From an uncultured Christensenella sp. (GTDB taxonomy: Bacteria; Bacillota; Clostridia; Christensenellales; UBA1242), in contig CATKZB010000003.1 in assembly GCA_949841595.1 (NCBI GenBank), positions 32,320-96,319 of the forward strand: a stretch of DNA of 64,000 bases, read 5' to 3'. The notes under the pieces are model-generated. The model did no database searches. It was given only the letters and a program-made list of their open reading frames with translations, and was not told the DNA's origin. Made by a program: the position numbers and the translations under genes. Shown one piece after another: positions 45,999-54,606 of the stretch; the first letter of the stretch is position 1, and each line of letters starts with the position of its first letter.

Positions 45999-47342
45999 TT
46001 ATTTCCCTTTCTTTTGAAAACTTATTTTAAAGCAAGTTGGAACATCTTTGTCCACTTTAACTTTTTCGCTTATTTCAACACCTGCAACAACATAAACTTC
46101 ATTTTCATATGCAAGCACTGGAATATAATCACGCAGTCTCACAGGAATTTTTTTGTCGATCAGGAAAGATTTAAGTTTTTTTGTCCCTCCACCAAATTTT
46201 TCAAAAACATCTCCGTCTTCGCGATAACGCCATCTGGCTTCCTTAGGAACTTTTCTATAATCAATGTAAAGAGCGTCAGACTCTCCCATTTTTTCTGTTT
46301 TAACTCGTTTAACAGATATTGTTCCATAATTTGGAGCTTCAAATTCTTCGCATTTAAGAATTTTAGATAATTGTGGCTTTTCAATATAATTGTTTTCAAA
46401 AGTCAAATAGTCATATTCCTTGCTCACAGTCACATCAAAAGGAAGTTTGATTTTTTTGCCATTGTCCATGTTGAGAGCCAAATCTTTAACCATAAGAATA
46501 TGTTTTCTTTCAATATCTTTTTTCACACCAATCAAAGATAAGGCTTTGAAAACTATTCTGCTGTAAACTGAACTGCTTGTTTTGAAATAACTGCAAGGCA
46601 TTTGAACAATTTTGTCGTCCACAAGAAGAGCATTTGTGCCGATACGTGATTTGATGTATTCATCATCTTCACTAACTGAAAGTGCAAAATTGTTTATTGC
46701 TTCAATGGCATTTGGCCATTTTTTCAAGATGTCTTTCATCACAACATTTCTGACATAATTTCTTGCATAAGATATGTCAGAGTTGCTTGAATCTTCAACA
46801 AAATCAATGTTATTTTCTGAAGCATAATTTGCAATTTCTTCTTTTGAAACTGGAAGCATAGGTCTGATGTAAATTTTGTCTCTGATCGCGTCCATGCCTT
46901 TTGCACCAGCAACTCCTGCACCTCTGAAGATATGCATCAAAATTGTTTCAGCTTGATCACTTTGGTGATGTGCCAATGCAATTTTGTCAACAATGTCTTT
47001 TCTTGCAAGTGCTTCAAAAACACCATATCTGCCTTCTCTTGCAGCAGTTTCAATGCTGATTCTTTTGTCTTTTGCGATTTTTGGTGAATCAATTGAAAAT
47101 TTGTAAACTCTTATTCCCATCTCACGGCACTTTTGCAAAACAAAACGAGCTTCATCATCACTTTCTTCTCTTATACCATGATTGATGTGAATTGCAACCA
47201 CATCTATATCCAAAGCTTGTTTATGTTCGTTGAGAAAATGTAACAAACACATAGAGTCAATTCCACCACTCACTCCAACACCAACAACTTCTCCAGCTTT
47301 GATCAATTTGTTTTTCTTTATAAAGTCTAAAATCTTATCCAT
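45999..47342 (-). CDS. tilS: tRNA(Ile)-lysidine synthetase
   Basis: 447 aa with the PP-loop VGVSGGIDSMCLL. It sits in the conserved position next to spoIIE. Confidence 0.9.
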   Translation of the reverse strand: MDKILDFIKKNKLIKAGEVVGVGVSGGIDSMCLLHFLNEHKQALDIDVVAIHINHGIREESDDEARFVLQKCREMGIRVYKFSIDSPKIAKDKRISIETAAREGRYGVFEALARKDIVDKIALAHHQSDQAETILMHIFRGAGVAGAKGMDAIRDKIYIRPMLPVSKEEIANYASENNIDFVEDSSNSDISYARNYVRNVVMKDILKKWPNAIEAINNFALSVSEDDEYIKSRIGTNALLVDDKIVQMPCSYFKTSSSVYSRIVFKALSLIGVKKDIERKHILMVKDLALNMDNGKKIKLPFDVTVSKEYDYLTFENNYIEKPQLSKILKCEEFEAPNYGTISVKRVKTEKMGESDALYIDYRKVPKEARWRYREDGDVFEKFGGGTKKLKSFLIDKKIPVRLRDYIPVLAYENEVYVVAGVEISEKVKVDKDVPTCFKISFQKKGK

Positions 47343-47468
47343 TTTTTCACCTTCAAAAATTTTCTTAAATAGTATACATTAATTTTTTTTAAAAAACAAT
47401 ATGTTTTAATAAAAAAATGCTTATTTTCAAGCATTTTTCATGTTTTTTTATAACTTTTTATAAAATTT

Positions 47469-49769
47469 TTAAAAATCTAAAATTTTTATAACAATAACAG
47501 TCATGTCATCCACAGCATATCCATTGTTGCAAGCAAGCGCTCTTTCCAGAATTTCATCAGCAAATTCTTGAGGATTTTTTGTCTTGATTGACTTGATGCA
47601 TTCTTGCAATTCTTCACTGGTTTGAAAGCTGTCACTGATCCCATCTGAAAACAAAATAACAAAGTCTTTGCTGTTTATCACATTCTTTTTCACAAGTGGT
47701 TTGGTTTCATCCACAATGCCAATTGGCAATGCCCCTGCTTGCACAACCTGGCATTCATCTTCATTAAGAATATAAGAATTTGGAGATGCCATTTTAATGA
47801 AATCCACCATACCATTCTTTTCATCCAATATGCAAATATCCAAAGCACTGAAAATTTCTTCCTTGTGAAGATTTAAAAGTTTGTTTACGGTGGACAAAAT
47901 CAAATCGTTGTCAAAGCCTGCTTTATAGAAATTTTCCACAAGGCTGATTGAAAGCTCGCTGACATTTTCTGCCTTCTCTCCACTTCCCATTCCGTCACTG
48001 ATTGCAAACAGAATTTTTTCTCCATCCAATTTGACAATGCTGTAAGTATCCCCACTGACCTTAGAACCATTTTTTGTTTTCTGACTGACACCAAACAAGC
48101 AATCAAATTTTGGAGCAGTTTTCAAATTTACCACACTATATCCTGGACGGGAACTTGGAAAAATCTCATAGACAGCCATTTTGCAACCACAGACTTTACT
48201 TACAACTTCGGCAAGACGCAACTTCTCACTGTCTTCGTTTCTCACAACCAAAGACGCTACCATTGTCCATATATCTTTTTGAAAAACAACGACATCGATG
48301 CAAATTACATTATAATAGGTCAATTCATCCAAGATTTTGTTTTCTCTGACTGTGTCAAAAGAGATGTTTGTTTCAATTTCTTTTGAAAGTCCACCCATAA
48401 TTTTGGATATGCCAAGAAGTTGTTCTGCAATGATAACCTTGCTAGTGTCAACATCATTGACCATGGTCATATATTTTTTGTATTGTGCTGTCAAAGTGTT
48501 GATGCTTCCTAATATTGAATTTGTTTGTTTACATCTGGATGTCAAATAAGAAGGGATATCAAGAAGGGTTGCTCGACCTCTTTCAAACGAAATAGTTATA
48601 AGTTCATCAAACACCTGCTTTGTGTTTTCAGAAAAAGTTCTGTGACAATGATTTCTTTCTGGACAAAAAGAACAAATCTTGTCCGTGATTTCTTGCTCAA
48701 GCAAAGTCTTAACCTCGTCCAAAGTCATTCCTTTTTTAAGCATGTTGCGATATATTATGTTCATATCATTGAAAATTTCAGATAGATTTCCAAGTCGTCT
48801 ATGCAAAATCTCACGATTTCGATTGACAACATTTTTCATTGCCATTCTGTCTTTTGAAAGATTGAAAATGACAGCAATTTCGTTGCACCAAGCTTTTGGC
48901 AAACAGAAGAATCCCAGCGAAGATAAAAGCACTGGCAAAATTTCGATAATTCCAAACGATGTGTAAAGTTTAAAATAATATCCCATGATAAGCTCGACAC
49001 ATATAAGGGAAATTATCATGAAAATTCTGTATCTGTTTTTAAACAACAAAACACTCAAAGCCCAAATGACAAATGGTGCAACAAAAATTGGATTGTTTGT
49101 TGCAATAAGTGCACCTATACCTGCCACTGAAGCCACAAGCAGTGTAAGCAATGGTGTTGAGCAAAAAGCGAAAATCAGCAAAATGAAGCTTACAAACAAT
49201 TTCAAAAAACTGAAGGTTTCAATGTTGAGCATGACAAGTCCACCACAAAGTGCTGCAATGATTGAAAACAAAGAAACAATTTCAAGACTTGTAAGTTTGT
49301 TTGTAAAACCTCTTATTATGATTGCTTCAAAAACATTTATGCAAGCAAACATAAAAAGCACTCCAAGCAAAACGCTCACAACAGAAAGGATTGGAGAAAG
49401 ACCTCCCAAAATGGCAAAAACAACATTTGCCGTCTGTCCAACAATCGCAAACAGAGCAAATTCCCATTTTTTCATATTTTTCTTGCAAAGCACATGCACA
49501 AAATATGGCACAAGCAAACAAAACATGCACACAAGCATGCAAATCGCAAACTCCATTGTTGGCTTAAATATGACTCCTGCAATTATGTAAGCTGGTGCAA
49601 CAAGCCAAACTTTTTGATTTGCCCAAGCAAGAGCAAACAGCATTCCAAAAGCAAAAGGAAAAATAAGATAATTCACACTTGAATTAAACAAAACAAAAAA
49701 CAATCCAACAAAAAGCACAAATTTGCAAGCAAGCATCAAATAATTGTTTATTTTCAAATTCATAAACAC
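47469..49769 (-). CDS. spoIIE: Stage II sporulation protein E (membrane PP2C phosphatase)
   Basis: 766 aa with about 10 N-terminal TM helices and a C-terminal PP2C domain (GDTYSIV...AISDGMGSGEKA...FSDGISD...DDMTVIVIK). Confidence 0.92.
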   Translation of the reverse strand: MFMNLKINNYLMLACKFVLFVGLFFVLFNSSVNYLIFPFAFGMLFALAWANQKVWLVAPAYIIAGVIFKPTMEFAICMLVCMFCLLVPYFVHVLCKKNMKKWEFALFAIVGQTANVVFAILGGLSPILSVVSVLLGVLFMFACINVFEAIIIRGFTNKLTSLEIVSLFSIIAALCGGLVMLNIETFSFLKLFVSFILLIFAFCSTPLLTLLVASVAGIGALIATNNPIFVAPFVIWALSVLLFKNRYRIFMIISLICVELIMGYYFKLYTSFGIIEILPVLLSSLGFFCLPKAWCNEIAVIFNLSKDRMAMKNVVNRNREILHRRLGNLSEIFNDMNIIYRNMLKKGMTLDEVKTLLEQEITDKICSFCPERNHCHRTFSENTKQVFDELITISFERGRATLLDIPSYLTSRCKQTNSILGSINTLTAQYKKYMTMVNDVDTSKVIIAEQLLGISKIMGGLSKEIETNISFDTVRENKILDELTYYNVICIDVVVFQKDIWTMVASLVVRNEDSEKLRLAEVVSKVCGCKMAVYEIFPSSRPGYSVVNLKTAPKFDCLFGVSQKTKNGSKVSGDTYSIVKLDGEKILFAISDGMGSGEKAENVSELSISLVENFYKAGFDNDLILSTVNKLLNLHKEEIFSALDICILDEKNGMVDFIKMASPNSYILNEDECQVVQAGALPIGIVDETKPLVKKNVINSKDFVILFSDGISDSFQTSEELQECIKSIKTKNPQEFADEILERALACNNGYAVDDMTVIVIKILDF

Positions 49770-49818
49770 TCCTTTTCTGATTTTAAATCATATCAAGAAA
49801 AGGAGTGCTCAATTTATC

Positions 49819-49835
49819 TGTCAAAATTTGTCAAA
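49819..49835 (-). promoter_or_regulatory. Two tandem Spo0A-box-like heptamers upstream of spoIIE
   Basis: On the plus strand, TGTCAAA occurs at 49819-49825 and 49829-49835, exactly 10 bp apart. Each is one mismatch from the 0A box TGTCGAA. They lie about 50-65 nt upstream of the spoIIE start. Confidence 0.35.
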
Positions 49836-49852
49836 AAATGTCTGTGTTTGTC

Positions 49853-50554
49853 CTATGCCATTTTAAAATATAAAAGCATTCCACAAAAGATGTTGTAACA
49901 AAACTTATTTATATATTCTTCTTCTTGCAGCAAAAGTTCTTCTTCTGGATTTGACAAAAAGCCACATTCCACCAAAATGCTTGGACTTTGAGAACAATTT
50001 AAGATGTAATAATCCCCCACTTTGGCAGTTTTGTGTGAATTTTCAATGTTTTTAAACAAAATCTCTTGAACGCTGTCAGCAAGCTGTTTTCCACTTTCAG
50101 AACCATCTGCATAAAACACATGTGCTCCTCTTGTTGACGAATTTGGAAAACTGTTCATATGGATGCTCACCACCATATCTGGCTTAGCCTTGTTTATAAT
50201 CTCTTTTCGCTTTTCCATTTCACTTCTCTTTTTGTTTGAAGCAAAAGGAGAATAAAGTCCATTCATATCCGAACGAGTCAAAACAACTTTAAAACCATAT
50301 TCTTCACAAATAGCTTTCAGTGCCAAAGAATATTGCAAATTCAAAAAACTTTCAGTCACATCTGTGGTTTTGCCCACAGCTCCACCATCCTTGCCACCAT
50401 GCCCAGCATCAATCACAATTGTGTGAACAGCCTTAGGCGAAACTGTTGCTTTTACAGTGAAATATGTTGCACAAACAGTTGCAATGCAAAGCAAAACGCA
50501 CAACGCAATCACACAATGAGCTTTTTTTAAAGTAAAAAATTTTATGTTTTTCAT
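49853..50554 (-). CDS. cwlD: N-acetylmuramoyl-L-alanine amidase, CwlD-like (germination-specific)
   Basis: It has a signal anchor followed by VIDAGHGGKDGGAVG and SIHMNS motifs (Amidase_3). The start chosen is the ATG at 50552-50554 (MKNIKFF...). Confidence 0.8.
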   Translation of the reverse strand: MKNIKFFTLKKAHCVIALCVLLCIATVCATYFTVKATVSPKAVHTIVIDAGHGGKDGGAVGKTTDVTESFLNLQYSLALKAICEEYGFKVVLTRSDMNGLYSPFASNKKRSEMEKRKEIINKAKPDMVVSIHMNSFPNSSTRGAHVFYADGSESGKQLADSVQEILFKNIENSHKTAKVGDYYILNCSQSPSILVECGFLSNPEEELLLQEEEYINKFCYNIFCGMLLYFKMA

Positions 50555-50740
50555 ATAAATTATTTTATTTGACAAAATTCTTAAATAGCACATATTTTTG
50601 GACAAAGTGTCCAAATTAAATCAATATTAAATAAAAAATTAAATTTTCACAATTTTTCAAAAAATATCTTAACAAAATCCCCCACCACAATGTCATAATT
50701 AATTATGACAAGCGATAAACTTGTAAGAAAAGGAGAATAT

Positions 50741-51454
50741 ATGAAAAAATTAAAAAAATATTTGTTTGGTTTTGCTTTAGTAATGTTGGTCGGGATGTGT
50801 CCTCTTTTGCTTTTGGCCTGCACTGGAACATACAACGGTAAAAAAATTGAAAAAGCGATGGACTCTTCAATCACAGTTTTAAAAAATCATAACTCTGCTG
50901 AAGTTAGCGCCACTAATTTAAATCTCGTTGAAGTTGAAGGGGAAACAACTAATTTGTTTTTGTTAGACTTTTTGAAAGAAATTTCAGCATCTTCACAATT
51001 TGATGACTCTCCACACGCTTTTGCTTCAGACTTTACTGTTACAGATGGCACAAATTATATGCAAATTTTCACTCTCAACAGGCTTTTAATCAATGGTAAT
51101 AAAGTTTCAGTTGAAATTGTTTACACATATGAAGACAGTTTTGAAAATGCAGATTATGAACGTATGGAAATCGACTATGATTTTGATGGTGACAAACTTG
51201 TTTCATTTAAATGGTATTCATATCTTGCCAGTGACGAAAGATCACTTAATTATTATGAGTACATTGATGAAACTCTGAAAACTATTAATGATTATGAATC
51301 TGACGAAGCTCAATCATTAAAGACTGAAGTAAAATCTAAGGCTTTAGCCCTTTATAACAGTGACCAAGTTTCAAATAAAACATATGACTTTGGACAAGAA
51401 TATGTAAATGTATATAACAAATACAACCCATCACAACAAATCCAAAAAGTATAA
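50741..51454 (+). CDS. Lipoprotein of unknown function
   Basis: MKKLKKYLFGFALVMLVGMCPLLLLAC-T provides the lipobox. The ATG at 50741 follows an AAGGAG RBS. Confidence 0.7.
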   Translation: MKKLKKYLFGFALVMLVGMCPLLLLACTGTYNGKKIEKAMDSSITVLKNHNSAEVSATNLNLVEVEGETTNLFLLDFLKEISASSQFDDSPHAFASDFTVTDGTNYMQIFTLNRLLINGNKVSVEIVYTYEDSFENADYERMEIDYDFDGDKLVSFKWYSYLASDERSLNYYEYIDETLKTINDYESDEAQSLKTEVKSKALALYNSDQVSNKTYDFGQEYVNVYNKYNPSQQIQKV

Positions 51455-51584
51455 TTCAAAAAAAAGCATATCGAATTGATATGCTTTTTCTTTTTTGACA
51501 CATTGTCTTTTTTTATCAAATCTTTCATGCTATTTTATTTTTAAAGATGTAAAAATCTTTGAATTTAAAAGGAGATATGTTAAA

Positions 51585-52172
51585 ATGAATGTGTTTGAAA
51601 GAGAAGAAATTCTTAAAGCTACACTTGAAAAAATCAAAACAAACGACATCACTTACAAACAATATTTGCATAGGGCAATTTGCAGATTAGGTCCGTGTGG
51701 AGATCCAAAAGATGATTCAAATGAATTGTGCTGTGCTCCATTTATATGGTGCATTCATGCATCAAATCAACTGCATGTTTTGCCAAAACATCCAAATTGC
51801 GATTGTTTTTATAAAGATGTCAAAACAAAACCACTTGGTTCAATATCAACAAGAAGTCCATCCCCCGACTTATGGTTAAAAATGTTCGGCAAGCTTCCAG
51901 ATTATTACATAACAAAACAAGAAGCAATAGAAACCTATGGATGGAAAAGAGGTCAAGATTTATCTAAACTATCCCCCAATAAAATGATAGGTGGGGATGA
52001 ATATTTTAACAAAAATCATATTTTGCCTGAAAAGGAAGGTAGACAATGGTTTGAATGTGATATAAATTATGAAAATGGAAAAAGAAATTCTTTGAGATTG
52101 TTCTATTCAAATGATGGCTTAATGTTCTATTCCACTGATCATGGAAATACTCAATTCTACTGGATAAAATAA
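51585..52172 (+). CDS. Barnase-domain ribonuclease toxin with a Cys-rich N-terminal region and no signal peptide
   Basis: The C-terminal ~110 aa align with barnase: KLPDYYITKQEA..GW, IGGDEY, RQWFECDINY (Glu73 equivalent), GKRNSLR (Arg83/Arg87) and STDHGNTQF (His102). The N-terminus contains CCAPFIWC...HPNCDC. The ATG at 51585 follows an AAGGAG RBS. Confidence 0.85.
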   Translation: MNVFEREEILKATLEKIKTNDITYKQYLHRAICRLGPCGDPKDDSNELCCAPFIWCIHASNQLHVLPKHPNCDCFYKDVKTKPLGSISTRSPSPDLWLKMFGKLPDYYITKQEAIETYGWKRGQDLSKLSPNKMIGGDEYFNKNHILPEKEGRQWFECDINYENGKRNSLRLFYSNDGLMFYSTDHGNTQFYWIK

Positions 52173-52183
52173 AAGGAGACAAA

Positions 52184-52516
52184 ATGAAAGAAATAATTTT
52201 TAATAGAAAAGATTATAAAAGTTACAAAGATATGTATGAAGATATTGCAAAAAAAACTAATTCAATAAATATCAAAGATTACTTTGATTCATCTAATTAT
52301 GATTATAATCCAAATATTCTTTGGGAATGTTTATGCTGCGATTATGGATTTGCAAGTAATAATATAAAACTTATTTGCCTAAATTTCAATAAGGAAAAAA
52401 TTGCTTTACAAAAAAACTTTAATGATTATAATTTTAATATTATATTAGAAGTTTTCAACGATTTTGTTCAAAAATTTCCAAACAACCAGCTCGAATTTAT
52501 AATGGAAGAAGAATAA
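52184..52516 (+). CDS. Barstar-like immunity protein 1
   Basis: 110 aa and acidic, lying immediately downstream of the barnase gene. NILWECLC corresponds to barstar LDALWDCL. Confidence 0.7.
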   Translation: MKEIIFNRKDYKSYKDMYEDIAKKTNSINIKDYFDSSNYDYNPNILWECLCCDYGFASNNIKLICLNFNKEKIALQKNFNDYNFNIILEVFNDFVQKFPNNQLEFIMEEE

Positions 52517-52519
52517 TTT

Positions 52520-52840
52520 ATGAAAGAAATAATTTTTAATAGAAAAAACTATAAAAGTTATAAAGACTTTTATACACAAATTTATAAAGATTTAGAAGGC
52601 AATAAAATTCAAGATTGGGAAGATTATGAAAACTTATGTTATAGTGCAGATGGCTTAGTGGAATTCTTATGGTACTATCATAACGATAGTATAAAATATA
52701 TTTTCAAGAACTTCGACAAAGTTAAGATTCAACAACAAAAAAATTACGACAATTATGAGTATAATTTAATAATAGAAATTTTCGAAGACTTCGTAAAAGA
52801 ATACCCAAACAACCAACTCGAATTTAAAATGGAAGATTAA
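52520..52840 (+). CDS. Barstar-like immunity protein 2 (paralog)
   Basis: 106 aa. The N- and C-termini are near-identical to immunity protein 1 (MKEIIFNRK.YKSYKD...PNNQLEF), while the central segment has diverged. Confidence 0.7.
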   Translation: MKEIIFNRKNYKSYKDFYTQIYKDLEGNKIQDWEDYENLCYSADGLVEFLWYYHNDSIKYIFKNFDKVKIQQQKNYDNYEYNLIIEIFEDFVKEYPNNQLEFKMED

Positions 52841-52841
52841 A

Positions 52842-52870
52842 ATGTATGTCCCTATGACATACATTTTTTA
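52842..52870 (+). terminator. Intrinsic terminator after the barstar genes
   Basis: ATGTATGTC (52842-52850), loop CCTAT, GACATACAT (52856-52864), then TTTTTT. Confidence 0.8.
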
Positions 52871-52961
52871 TTAAATAAATTTAAAAACATTCTCAATCAC
52901 TGTTTAATAATTCATTTTTCGTCTTTTATAATCAAATTTGCAACTTTTTTATAAAAGGGAC

Positions 52962-52989
52962 TTGACAAGTCCCCCCCCCGTGTTATTAT
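52962..52989 (+). promoter_or_regulatory. Promoter with a C9 tract in the -35/-10 spacer (LRR lipoprotein gene)
   Basis: TTGACA (52962-52967)-agtCCCCCCCCCgtgt-TATTAT (52984-52989). C9 lies at 52971-52979 and the spacer is 16 nt. The -35 sits inside the palindrome GGGACTTG-A-CAAGTCCC. Confidence 0.65.
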
Positions 52990-53042
52990 TAAGTAACAAT
53001 TGGTAAGTTGCAATTTAAAGTTGCCAATCAAGGAGGAATTAT

Positions 53043-54473
53043 ATGAACAAAATAATTAAAAAAATCGCAGACAAAACAGTGGTAATTAAACAAAAAATTA
53101 TTGAAAAAAAAGATTTAATTAAAAATGTTGCTGCAGTATCAATAGCAAGTATAACAATGGTAACCACTTTTATAACTGGTTGTTTGGCGATGAGTCAAAA
53201 TAGTGAGACTCTTGACAACCAGCCAATCACAGAAGATTCATATAACTTTGTAAATGAGCAAGAGTCAAACAACATTGATGCGAACATTAAAAACGAAAAA
53301 AATTATACCACGGAATATAAATTAATTGATAAAACCATTAATGATGGAACTCTGGTTTATGTGTTAAACACTTTACCCGACGAATTCGGATTGGAAATAT
53401 CAAGTGTGTGTCTAACATCAAATTCAGTTATAGATCTTGAAATTCCAAAAGAATATAATAATATGCCTATCAAAAGAATTGGCAGTAATGCTTTTGTTGG
53501 ATGTGAAAACATCTCACAAGTTTTTTTGCCTGATAGCATCACATCAATTGGAAACAGAGCATTTTATTATTGTAAAAATTTAAAACAAATTTCAATCCCT
53601 GACAGTGTTGTATCTATAGGCACAAATGCTTTTGGAACTTGCGAAAAATTACAAGGTATAGAAGTAGATTCAACAAATAAAAATTACATAAGCCACGATG
53701 GGGTACTTTTTAATAAAAATATGACAACTCTCATTCAATGTCCTTCAGCAAAAATTAATCTTGAAAACTATGAAATTCCTGAAAGTGTAACTTCAATTTC
53801 TAAATTTGCTTTTTTTAATTGTGATAATTTGTCTCGCATCTCAATTCCTAATGGTGTGACCTCGATAAATGAAGGAACTTTTTCACAATGCGACAATCTA
53901 ACTCAAGTTACTCTTCCTGATAATATCACATCAATTGACGCAGACGCTTTTAGGGGTTGTAAAAATCTTACGAAAATAAATGTACCAGATACTGTAACGT
54001 CTATAGGTAATTATGCTTTTTCAAACTGTGAAAATTTATCAGAAATCAAATTGCCTAACAACATATCTTCTATCGGTGCAAGTGCATTTTCAGAGTGTAA
54101 AAATTTAACAAAACTTGCACTTCCTGATAACATCACTTCAATTGATAACTTCACTTTTTATAAATGTGATAATCTTTCTCAAATTACTATTCCAGATAGC
54201 ACCAAATACATTGGCGAATTTGCCTTTTGCGATTGCAAAAATCTTACTCAAATAAATGTTAAAGAAACTGGAAAAAGAAATGACGACACCCGTACTTCTT
54301 TGGATTATAAATGTTTGGAAGGGACATCTGTTTCAACGTTAAACATACCAAAAGGTTTTAAATTGGATTCCATATCAGCAGCAGGTATAAGTTCCAATAA
54401 CTTGTTCCGTGATGTTGAAATAAATGAATACACTCCAAGCAATTCACATGAAAATAACTCACATGAAAAATAA
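53043..54473 (+). CDS. BspA-type leucine-rich-repeat surface lipoprotein
   Basis: 476 aa with a long n-region followed by the lipobox FITGC. There are about 10 tandem ~23-aa repeats of the form IPDSVTSIGNxAFxxCxNLTxI. Confidence 0.85.
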   Translation: MNKIIKKIADKTVVIKQKIIEKKDLIKNVAAVSIASITMVTTFITGCLAMSQNSETLDNQPITEDSYNFVNEQESNNIDANIKNEKNYTTEYKLIDKTINDGTLVYVLNTLPDEFGLEISSVCLTSNSVIDLEIPKEYNNMPIKRIGSNAFVGCENISQVFLPDSITSIGNRAFYYCKNLKQISIPDSVVSIGTNAFGTCEKLQGIEVDSTNKNYISHDGVLFNKNMTTLIQCPSAKINLENYEIPESVTSISKFAFFNCDNLSRISIPNGVTSINEGTFSQCDNLTQVTLPDNITSIDADAFRGCKNLTKINVPDTVTSIGNYAFSNCENLSEIKLPNNISSIGASAFSECKNLTKLALPDNITSIDNFTFYKCDNLSQITIPDSTKYIGEFAFCDCKNLTQINVKETGKRNDDTRTSLDYKCLEGTSVSTLNIPKGFKLDSISAAGISSNNLFRDVEINEYTPSNSHENNSHEK

Positions 54474-54490
54474 AACTGCTTTAAAAAAAT

Positions 54491-54516
54491 GTATGTCATG
54501 ATGACATACTTTTTTT
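54491..54516 (+). terminator. Intrinsic terminator after the LRR gene (homologous to the one at 52842)
   Basis: GTATGTC (54491-54497), loop ATGAT, GACATAC (54503-54509), then a T-run. Confidence 0.8.
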
Positions 54517-54606
54517 ATGAAACAAATTTAAAAACATTCTTAATCACTATTTAATTGGTTGATATTCATCCTTAATAATCAAATTTATAATTTTTTTAAA
54601 AATCTA

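Noticed and set aside
53400-54300. Periodic ~69-bp DNA repeats that could be mistaken for a CRISPR-like or tandem-repeat array
   Set aside because: They are in frame and encode the ~23-aa leucine-rich repeats of the BspA-type protein. There is no repeat-spacer architecture anywhere in the window.
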